Shown here: piece by piece, positions 1-11,232 of the stretch
Layout of the letters: every line of letters begins with the position of its first letter
Numbering within the stretch: position 1 is the first letter of the stretch
NCBI GenBank assembly: GCA_964057225.1
Contig: OZ059899.1
Coordinates: 1,426,001-1,490,000, forward strand
Source of the DNA: Auanema rhodensis
Lineage: Eukaryota > Animalia > Nematoda
Length of the DNA: 64,000 bases
Direction: 5' to 3'
Made by a program: the position numbers and the translations under genes
Notes under the pieces: generated by a model
What the model saw: the letters and a program-made list of their open reading frames with translations, nothing else
Database searches by the model: none
What the model was told of the DNA's origin: nothing

Positions 1-351
1 GTGTGAACTTATAAAAGTTGATATCTCGGTGCATTTTTAAGCTAGCGCAAATCTGATAACACAGATCGACGCAGCTCAAAAATCCGCATCGAATGCACTA
101 TACTACATTGAGAAACGCTTGATACAAAAATTAGTTATAATCATTTGAAAAATGATGCATTAGTGTATGTTAAGTTTCCATGTACACTCAACATTGCTTC
201 CAAAAACATTTTGACAAAAATTTTTTCGAAAAATTTCAAAATAATTTAGCAAAAAGTAGATGTTTTTAGATTTCATTTTTCAAGGCAAAGACGATGGACA
301 ATGTTATTCAACGAAAAAATTAATTCTTCAGGGTGAAAATCGAGGATATAA
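1..351 (+). repeat. Representative monomer unit (arbitrary phase)
   Basis: The next copy begins at 352. About 107/351 G+C by hand count. Positions 1-120 are ~39% GC and 121-351 are ~26% GC, with many A/T tracts. Confidence 0.98.
208..242. other. A/T-tract palindrome centred on TTCGAA (monomer positions 208-242)
   Basis: Perfect 12-bp core TTTTTCGAAAAA (222-233) flanked by ATTTTG (208-213) and CAAAAT (237-242). Confidence 0.7.
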
Positions 352-376
352 GTGTGAACTTATAAAAGTTGATATC

Positions 377-443
377 TCGGTGCATTTTTAAGCTAGCGCA
401 AATCTGATAACACAGATCGACGCAGCTTAAAAATCCGCATCGA
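377..443. other. Nested imperfect inverted repeat (hairpin/cruciform-capable), present in each monomer at positions 26-92
   Basis: TCGGTGC/GCATCGA (one G-T pair), a perfect 11-bp pair ATTTTTAAGCT (384-394)/AGCTTAAAAAT (424-434), then GCG/CGC and ATCTG/CAGAT closing an ATAACA loop. Confidence 0.85.
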
Positions 444-517
444 ATGCACTATACTACTTTGAGAAACGCTTAATACAAAAATTAGTTATGATCGTTTGAA
501 AAATGATGCATTAGTGT

Positions 518-545
518 ATGTTGAGTTTCCATGTACACTCAACAT
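518..545. other. 9-bp perfect inverted repeat with 10-nt spacer (monomer positions 167-194)
   Basis: ATGTTGAGT-ttccatgtac-ACTCAACAT. Confidence 0.8.
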
Positions 546-3500
546 TGCTTCCAAAAACATTTTGACAAAAATTTTTTCGAAAAATTTCAAAATAATTCAG
601 CAAAAAGTAGATGTTTTTAGATTCCATTTTTCAAGGCAAAGACGATGGACAATGTTATTCAACGAAAAAATTAATTCTTCAGGGTGAAAATCGAGGATAT
701 AAGTGTGAACTTATATCAGTTGATATCTCGGTGCATTTTTAAGCTAGCGCAAATCTGATAACACAGATCGACGCAGCTTAAAAATCCGCATCGAATGCAC
801 TATACTACTTTGAGAAACGCTTAATACAAAAATTAGTTATGATCGTTTGAAAAATGATGCATTAGTGTATGTTGAGTTTCCATGTACACTCAACATTGCT
901 TCCAAAAACATTTTGACAAAAATTTTTTCGAAAAATTTCAAAATAATTCAGCAAAAAGTAGATGTTTTTAGATTCCATTTTTCAAGGCAAAGACGATGGA
1001 CAATGTTATTCAACGAAAAAATTAATTCTTCAGGGTGAAAATCGAGGATATAAGTGTGAACTTATAAAAGTTGATATCTCGGTGCATTTTTAAGCTAGCG
1101 CAAATCTGATAACACAGATCGACGCAGCTCAAAAATCCGCATCGAATGCACTATACTACATTGAGAAACGCTTGATACAAAAATTAGTTATAATCATTTG
1201 AAAAATGATGCATTAGTGTATGTTAAGTTTCCATGTACACTCAACATTGCTTCCAAAAACATTTTGACAAAAATTTTTTCGAAAAATTTCAAAATAATTT
1301 AGCAAAAAGTAGATGTTTTTAGATTTCATTTTTCAAGGCAAAGACGATGGACAATGTTATTCAACGAAAAAATTAATTCTTCAGGGTGAAAATCGAGGAT
1401 ATAAGTGTGAACTTATAAAAGTTGATATCTCGGTGCATTTTTAAGCTAGCGCAAATCTGATAACACAGATCGACGCAGCTTAAAAATCCGCATCGAATGC
1501 ACTATACTACTTTGAGAAACGCTTAATACAAAAATTAGTTATGATCGTTTGAAAAATGATGCATTAGTGTATGTTGAGTTTCCATGTACACTCAACATTG
1601 CTTCCAAAAACATTTTGACAAAAATTTTTTCGAAAAATTTCAAAATAATTTAGCAAAAAGTAGATGTTTTTAGATTCCATTTTTCAAGGCAAAGACGATG
1701 GACAATGTTATTCAACGAAAAAATTATTTCTTCAGGGTGAAAATCGAGGATATAAGTGTGAACTTATATCAGTTGATATCTCGGTGCATTTTTAAGCTAG
1801 CGCAAATCTGATAACACAGATCGACGCAGCTTAAAAATCCGCATCGAATGCACTATACTACATTGAGAAACGCTTAATACAAAAATTAGTTATGATCGTT
1901 TGAAAAATGATGCATTAGTGTATGTTGAGTTTCCATGTACACTCAACATTGCTTCCAAAAACATTTTGACAAAAATTTTTTCGAAAAATTTCAAAATAAT
2001 TCAGCAAAAAGTAGATGTTTTTAGATTCCATTTTTCAAGGCAAAGACGATGGACAATGTTATTCAACGAAAAAATTAATTCTTTAGGGTGAAAATCGAGG
2101 ATATAAGTGTGAACTTATATCAGTTGATATCTCGGTGCATTTTTAAGCTAGCGCAAATCTGATAACACAGATCGACGCAGCTCAAAAATCCGCATCGAAT
2201 GCACTATACTACATTGAGAAACGCTTAATACAAAAATTAGTTATGATCGTTTGAAAAATGATGCATTAGTGTATGTTGAGTTTCCATGTACACTCAACAT
2301 TGCTTCCAAAAACATTTTGACAAAAATTTTTTCGAAAAATTTCAAAATAATTTAGCAAAAAGTAGATGTTTTTAGATTTCATTTTTCAAGGCAAAGACGA
2401 TGGACAATGTTATTCAACGAAAAAATTATTTCTTCAGGGTGAAAATCGAGGATATAAGTGTGAACTTATATCAGTTGATATCTCGGTGCATTTTTAAGCT
2501 AGCGCAAATCTGATAACACAGATCGACGCAGCTTAAAAATCCGCATCGAATGCACTGTACTACATTGAGAAACGCTTAATACAAAAATTAGTTATGATCG
2601 TTTGAAAAATGATGCATTAGTGTATGTTGAGTTTCCATGTACACTCAACATTGCTTCCAAAAACATTTTGACAAAAATTTTTCCGAAAAATTTCAAAATA
2701 ATTCAGCAAAAAGTAGATGTTTTTAGATTCCATTTTTCAAGGCAAAGACGATGGACAATGTTATTCAACGAAAAAATTAATTCTTCAGGGTGAAAATCGA
2801 GGATATAAGTGTGAACTTATAAAAGTTGATATCTCGGTGCATTTTTAAGCTAGCGCAAATCTGATAACACAGATCGACGCAGCTCAAAAATCCGCATCGA
2901 ATGCACTATACTACATTGAGAAACGCTTGATACAAAAATTAGTTATAATCATTTGAAAAATGATGCATTAGTGTATGTTAAGTTTCCATGTACACTCAAC
3001 ATTGCTTCCAAAAACATTTTGACAAAAATTTTTTCGAAAAATTTCAAAATAATTTAGCAAAAAGTAGATGTTTTTAGATTTCATTTTTCAAGGCAAAGAC
3101 GATGGACAATGTTATTCAACGAAAAAATTAATTCTTCAGGGTGAAAATCGAGGATATAAGTGTGAACTTATAAAAGTTGATATCTCGGTGCATTTTTAAG
3201 CTAGCGCAAATCTGATAACACAGATCGACGCAGCTCAAAAATCCGCATCGAATGCACTATACTACATTGAGAAACGCTTGATACAAAAATTAGTTATAAT
3301 CGTTTGAAAAATGATGCATTAGTGTATGTTGAGTTTCCATGTACACTCAACATTGCTTCCAAAAACATTTTGACAAAAATTTTTTCGAAAAATTTCAAAA
3401 TAATTTAGCAAAAAGTAGATGTTTTTAGATTTCATTTTTCAAGGCAAAGACGATGGACAATGTTATTCAACGAAAAAATTAATTCTTCAGGGTGAAAATC

Positions 3501-4563
3501 GAGGATATAAGTGTGAACTTATATCAGTTGATATCTCGGTGCATTTTTAAGCTAGCGCAAATCTGATAACACAGATCGACGCAGCTTAAAAATCCGCATC
3601 GAATGCACTATACTACTTTGAGAAACGCTTAATACAAAAATTAGTTATGATCGTTTGAAAAATGATGCATTAGTGTATGTTGAGTTTCCATGTACACTCA
3701 ACATTGCTTCCAAAAACATTTTGACAAAAATTTTTTCGAAAAATTTCAAAATAATTCAGCAAAAAGTAGATGTTTTTAGATTCCATTTTTCAAGGCAAAG
3801 ACGATGGACAATGTTATTCAACGAAAAAATTAATTCTTCAGGGTGAAAATCGAGGATATAAGTGTGAACTTATAAAAGTTGATATCTCGGTGCATTTTTA
3901 AGCTAGCGCAAATCTGATAACACAGATCGACGCAGCTCAAAAATCCGCATCGAATGCACTATACTACATTGAGAAACGCTTGATACAAAAATTAGTTATA
4001 ATCATTTGAAAAATGATGCATTAGTGTATGTTAAGTTTCCATGTACACTCAACATTGCTTCCAAAAACATTTTGACAAAAATTTTTTCGAAAAATTTCAA
4101 AATAATTTAGCAAAAAGTAGATGTTTTTAGATTTCATTTTTCAAGGCAAAGACGATGGACAATGTTATTCAACGAAAAAATTAATTCTTCAGGGTGAAAA
4201 TCGAGGATATAAGTGTGAACTTATAAAAGTTGATATCTCGGTGCATTTTTAAGCTAGCGCAAATCTGATAACACAGATCGACGCAGCTTAAAAATCCGCA
4301 TCGAATGCACTATACTACTTTGAGAAACGCTTAATACAAAAATTAGTTATGATCGTTTGAAAAATGATGCATTAGTGTATGTTGAGTTTCCATGTACACT
4401 CAACATTGCTTCCAAAAACATTTTGACAAAACTTTTTTCGAAAAATTTCAAAATAATTCAGCAAAAAGTAGATGTTTTTAGATTCCATTTTTCAAGGCAA
4501 AGACGATGGACAATGTTATTCAACGAAAAAATTAATTCTTCAGGGTGAAAATCGAGGATATAA

Positions 4564-7500
4564 GTGTGAACTTATAAAAGTTGATATCTCGGTGCATTTT
4601 TAAGCTAGCGCAAATCTGATAACACAGATCGACGCAGCTCAAAAATCCGCATCGAATGCACTATACTACATTGAGAAACGCTTGATACAAAAATTAGTTA
4701 TAATCATTTGAAAAATGATGCATTAGTGTATGTTAAGTTTCCATGTACACTCAACATTGCTTCCAAAAACATTTTGACAAAAATTTTTTCGAAAAACTTC
4801 AAAATAATTTAGCAAAAAGTAGATGTTTTTAGATTTCATTTTTCAAGGCAAAGACGATGGACAATGTTATTCAACGAAAAAATTAATTCTTCAGGGTGAA
4901 AATCGAGGATATAAGTGTGATTTTATATCAGTTGATATCTCGGTGCATTTTTAAGCTAGCGCAAATCTGATAACACAGATCGACGCAGCTTAAAAATCCG
5001 CATCGAATGCACTATACTACATTGAGAAACGCTTAATACAAAAATTAGTTATGATCGTTTGAAAAATGATGCATTAGTGTATGTTGAGTTTCCATGTACA
5101 CTCAACATTGCTTCCAAAAACATTTTGACAAAAATTTTTTCGAAAAATTTCAAAATAATTTAGCAAAAAGTAGATGTTTTTAGATTTCATTTTTCAAGGC
5201 AAAGACGATGGACAATGTTATTCAACGAAAAAATTAATTCTTCAGGGTGAAAATCGAGGATATAAGTGTGAACTTATATCAGTTGATATCTCGGTGCATT
5301 TTTAAGCTAGCGCAAATCTGATAACACAGATCGACGCAGCTTAAAAATCCGCATCGAATGCACTATACTACATTGAGAAACGCTTAATACAAAAATTAGT
5401 TATGATCGTTTGAAAAATGATGCATTAGTGTATGTTGAGTTTCCATGTACACTCAACATTGCTTCCAAAAACATTTTGACAAAAATTTTTTCGAAAAATT
5501 TCAAAATAATTCAGCAAAAAGTAGATGTTTTTAGATTCCATTTTTCAAGGCAAAGACGATGGACAATGTTATTCAACGAAAAAATTAATTCTTCAGGGTG
5601 AAAATCGAGGATATAAGTGTGAACTTATAAAAGTTGATATCTCGGTGCATTTTTAAGCTAGCGCAAATCTGATAACACAGATCGACGCAGCTTAAAAATC
5701 CGCATCGAATGCACTATACTACTTTGAGAAACGCTTAATACAAAAATTAGTTATGATCGTTTGAAAAATGATGCATTAGTGTATGTTGAGTTTCCATGTA
5801 CACTCAACATTGCTTCCAAAAACATTTTGACAAAACTTTTTTCGAAAAATTTCAAAATAATTCAGGAAAAAGTAGATGTTTTTAGATTCCATTTTTCAAG
5901 GCAAAGACGATGGACAATGATATTCAACGAAAAAATTAATTCTTCAGGGTGAAAATCGAGGATATAAGTGTGAACTTATAAAAGTTGATATCTCGGTGCA
6001 TTTTTAAGCTAGCGCAAATCTGATAACACAGATCGACGCAGCTCAAAAATCCGCATCGAATGCACTATACTACATTGAGAAACGCTTGATACAAAAATTA
6101 GTTATAATCATTTGAAAAATGATGCATTAGTGTATGTTAAGTTTCCATGTACACTCAACATTGCTTCCAAAAACATTTTGACAAAAATTTTTTCGAAAAA
6201 TTTCAAAATAATTTAGCAAAAAGTAGATGTTTTTAGATTTCATTTTTCAAGGCAAAGACGATGGACAATGTTATTCAACGAAAAAATTAATTCTTCAGGG
6301 TGAAAATCGAGGATATAAGTGTGAACTTATAAAAGTTGATATCTCGGTGCATTTTTAAGCTAGCGCAAATCTGATAACACAGATCGACGCAGCTTAAAAA
6401 TCCGCATCGAATGCACTATACTACATTGAGAAACGCTTGATACAAAAATTAGTTATAATCGTTTGAAAAATGATGCATTAGTGTATGTTGAGTTTCCATG
6501 TACACTCAACATTGCTTCCAAAAACATTTTGACAAAATTTTTTTCGAAAAATTTCAAAATAATTTAGCAAAAAGTAGATGTTTTTAGATTTCATTTTTCA
6601 AGGCAAAGACGATGGACAATGATATTCAACGAAAAAATTAATTCTTCAGGGTGAAAATCGAGGATATAAGTGTGAACTTATAAAAGTTGATATCTCGGTG
6701 CATTTTTAAGCTAGCGCAAATCTGATAACACAGATCGACGCAGCTCAAAAATCCGCATCGAATGCACTATACTACATTGAGAAACGCTTGATACAAAAAT
6801 TAGTTATAATCATTTGAAAAATGATGCATTAGTGTATGTTAAGTTTCCATGTACACTCAACATTGCTTCCAAAAACATTTTGACAAAAATTTTTTCGAAA
6901 AACTTCAAAATAATTTAGCAAAAAGTAGATGTTTTTAGATTTCATTTTTCAAGGCAAAGACGATGGACAATGTTATTCAACGAAAAAATTAATTCTTCAG
7001 GGTGAAAATCGAGGATATAAGTGTGATTTTATATCAGTTGATATCTCGGTGCATTTTTAAGCTAGCGCAAATCTGATAACACAGATCGACGCAGCTTAAA
7101 AATCCGCATCGAATGCACTATACTACATTGAGAAACGCTTAATACAAAAATTAGTTATGATCGTTTGAAAAATGATGCATTAGTGTATGTTGAGTTTCCA
7201 TGTACACTCAACATTGCTTCCAAAAACATTTTGACAAAAATTTTTTCGAAAAATTTCAAAATAATTTAGCAAAAAGTAGATGTTTTTAGATTTCATTTTT
7301 CAAGGCAAAGACGATGGACAATGTTATTCAACGAAAAAATTAATTCTTCAGGGTGAAAATCGAGGATATAAGTGTGAACTTATATCAGTTGATATCTCGG
7401 TGCATTTTTAAGCTAGCGCAAATCTGATAACACAGATCGACGCAGCTTAAAAATCCGCATCGAATGCACTATACTACATTGAGAAACGCTTAATACAAAA

Positions 7501-8775
7501 ATTAGTTATGATCGTTTGAAAAATGATGCATTAGTGTATGTTGAGTTTCCATGTACACTCAACATTGCTTCCAAAAACATTTTGACAAAAATTTTTTCGA
7601 AAAATTTCAAAATAATTCAGCAAAAAGTAGATGTTTTTAGATTCCATTTTTCAAGGCAAAGACGATGGACAATGTTATTCAACGAAAAAATTAATTCTTC
7701 AGGGTGAAAATCGAGGATATAAGTGTGAACTTATAAAAGTTGATATCTCGGTGCATTTTTAAGCTAGCGCAAATCTGATAACACAGATCGACGCAGCTTA
7801 AAAATCCGCATCGAATGCACTATACTACTTTGAGAAACGCTTAATACAAAAATTAGTTATGATCGTTTGAAAAATGATGCATTAGTGTATGTTGAGTTTC
7901 CATGTACACTCAACATTGCTTCCAAAAACATTTTGACAAAACTTTTTTCGAAAAATTTCAAAATAATTCAGGAAAAAGTAGATGTTTTTAGATTCCATTT
8001 TTCAAGGCAAAGACGATGGACAATGATATTCAACGAAAAAATTAATTCTTCAGGGTGAAAATCGAGGATATAAGTGTGAACTTATAAAAGTTGATATCTC
8101 GGTGCATTTTTAAGCTAGCGCAAATCTGATAACACAGATCGACGCAGCTCAAAAATCCGCATCGAATGCACTATACTACATTGAGAAACGCTTGATACAA
8201 AAATTAGTTATAATCATTTGAAAAATGATGCATTAGTGTATGTTAAGTTTCCATGTACACTCAACATTGCTTCCAAAAACATTTTGACAAAAATTTTTTC
8301 GAAAAATTTCAAAATAATTTAGCAAAAAGTAGATGTTTTTAGATTTCATTTTTCAAGGCAAAGACGATGGACAATGTTATTCAACGAAAAAATTAATTCT
8401 TCAGGGTGAAAATCGAGGATATAAGTGTGAACTTATAAAAGTTGATATCTCGGTGCATTTTTAAGCTAGCGCAAATCTGATAACACAGATCGACGCAGCT
8501 TAAAAATCCGCATCGAATGCACTATACTACATTGAGAAACGCTTGATACAAAAATTAGTTATAATCGTTTGAAAAATGATGCATTAGTGTATGTTGAGTT
8601 TCCATGTACACTCAACATTGCTTCCAAAAACATTTTGACAAAATTTTTTTCGAAAAATTTCAAAATAATTTAGCAAAAAGTAGATGTTTTTAGATTTCAT
8701 TTTTCAAGGCAAAGACGATGGACAATGTTATTCAACGAAAAAATTAATTCTTCAGGGTGAAAATCGAGGATATAA
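4564..8775 (+). repeat. Tandem duplication of a 6-monomer block (2106 bp)
   Basis: Rare markers recur exactly 2106 bp apart: AAAAACTTC (C at 4797/6903), GTGATTTT (4921/7027), TTCAGGAAAA (5866/7972). Confidence 0.9.
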
Positions 8776-11232
8776 GTGTGAACTTATATCAGTTGATATC
8801 TCGGTGCATTTTTAAGCTAGCGCAAATCTGATAACACAGATCGACGCAGCTTAAAAATCCGCATCGAATGCACTATACTACATTGAGAAACGCTTAATAC
8901 AAAAATTAGTTATGATCGTTTGAAAAATGATGCATTAGTGTATGTTGAGTTTCCATGTACACTCAACATTGCTTCCAAAAACATTTTGACAAAAATTTTT
9001 TCGAAAAATTTCAAAATAATTCAGCAAAAAGTAGATGTTTTTAGATTCCATTTTTCAAGGCAAAGACGATGGACAATGTTATTCAACGAAAAAATTAATT
9101 CTTCAGGGTGAAAATCGAGGATATAAGTGTGAACTTATAAAAGTTGATATCTCGGTGCATTTTTAAGCTAGCGCAAATCTGATAACACAGATCGACGCAG
9201 CTTAAAAATCCGCATCGAATGCACTATACTACATTGAGAAACGCTTGATACAAAAATTAGTTATAATCGTTTGAAAAATGATGCATTAGTGTATGTTGAG
9301 TTTCCATGTACACTCAACATTGCTTCCAAAAACATTTTGACAAAATTTTTTTCGAAAAATTTCAAAATAATTCAGCAAAAAGTAGATGTTTTTAGATTTC
9401 ATTTTTCAAGGCAAAGACGATGGACAATGTTATTCAACGAAAAAATTAATTCTTCAGGGTGAAAATCGAGGATATAAGTGTGAACTTATATCAGTTGATA
9501 TCTCGGTGCATTTTTAAGCTAGCGCAAATCTGATAACACAGATCGACGCAGCTTAAAAATCCGCATCGAATGCACTATACTACATTGAGAAACGCTTAAT
9601 ACAAAAATTAGTTATGATTGTTTGAAAAATGATGCATTAGTGTATGTTGAGTTTCCATGTACACTCAACATTGCTTCCAAAAACATTTTGACAAAAATTT
9701 TTTCGAAAAATTTCAAAATAATTCAGCAAAAAGTAGATGTTTTTAGATTCCATTTTTCAAGGCAAAGACGATGGACAATGTTATTCAACGAAAAAATTAA
9801 TTCTTTAGGGTGAAAATCGAGGATATAAGTGTGAACTTATAAAAGTTGATATCTCGGTGCATTTTTAAGCTAGCGCAAATCTGATAACACAGATCGACGC
9901 AGCTTAAAAATCCGCATCGAATGCACTATACTACATTGAGAAACGCTTAATACAAAAATTAGTTATGATCGTTTGAAAAATGATGCATTAGTGTATGTTG
10001 AGTTTCCATGTAAACTCAACATTGCTTCCAAAAACATTTTGACAAAAATTTTTTCGAAAAATTTCAAAATAATTCAGCAAAAAGTAGATGTTTTTAGATT
10101 CCATTTTTCAAGGCAAAGACGATGGACAATGTTATTCAACGAAAAAATTAATTCTTCAGGGTGAAAATCGAGGATATAAGTGTGAACTTATAAAAGTTGA
10201 TATCTCGGTGCATTTTTAAGCTAGCGCAAATCTGATAACACAGATCGACGCAGCTTAAAAATCCGCATCGAATGCACTATACTACTTTGAGAAACGCTTA
10301 ATACAAAAATTAGTTATGATCGTTTGAAAAATGATGCATTAGTGTATGTTGAGTTTCCATGTACACTCAACATTGCTTCCAAAAACATTTTGACAAAACT
10401 TTTTTCGAAAAATTTCAAAATAATTCAGCAAAAAGTAGATGTTTTTAGATTCCATTTTTCAAGGCAAAGACGATGGACAATGATATTCAACGAAAAAATT
10501 AATTCTTCAGGGTGAAAATCGAGGATATAAGTGTGAACTTATAAAAGTTGATATCTCGGTGCATTTTTAAGCTAGCGCAAATCTGATAACACAGATCGAC
10601 GCAGCTCAAAAATCCGCATCGAATGCACTATACTACATTGAGAAACGCTTGATACAAAAATTAGTTATAATCATTTGAAAAATGATGCATTAGTGTATGT
10701 TAAGTTTCCATGTACACTCAACATTGCTTCCAAAAACATTTTGACAAAAATTTTTTCGAAAAATTTCAAAATAATTTAGCAAAAAGTAGATGTTTTTAGA
10801 TTTCATTTTTCAAGGCAAAGACGATGGACAATGTTATTCAACGAAAAAATTAATTCTTCAGGGTGAAAATCGAGGATATAAGTGTGAACTTATAAAAGTT
10901 GATATCTCGGTGCATTTTTAAGCTAGCGCAAATCTGATAACACAGATCGACGCAGCTTAAAAATCCGCATCGAATGCACTATACTACATTGAGAAACGCT
11001 TGATACAAAAATTAGTTATAATCGTTTGAAAAATGATGCATTAGTGTATGTTGAGTTTCCATGTACACTCAACATTGCTTCCAAAAACATTTTGACAAAA
11101 TTTTTTTCGAAAAATTTCAAAATAATTTAGCAAAAAGTAGATGTTTTTAGATTTCATTTTTCAAGGCAAAGACGATGGACAATGTTATTCAACGAAAAAA
11201 TTAATTCTTCAGGGTGAAAATCGAGGATATAA

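Noticed and set aside
43-120. tRNA/SINE or 5S-like Pol III unit (TAGCGCAAA resembles an A box)
   Set aside because: No B box (GTTCRANNC), no cloverleaf and no recognisable 5S or spliced-leader sequence.
224-240. CENP-B box-like motif at TTCGAAAAA
   Set aside because: TTCG and A match, but the required CGGG is absent.
270-345. Hammerhead ribozyme, known from some satellites: minus-strand CUGAAGA (reverse complement of TCTTCAG, ~325-331) and plus-strand CUGAUAA (53-59)
   Set aside because: I could not build stem II followed by GAAA and a closing stem III/NUH site. The plus-strand motif lacks the conserved G of CUGANGA. An Infernal/RNAmotif search would settle it.
1-351. Internal ~175-bp dimer substructure
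   Set aside because: The two halves show no visible direct similarity and differ in GC content.
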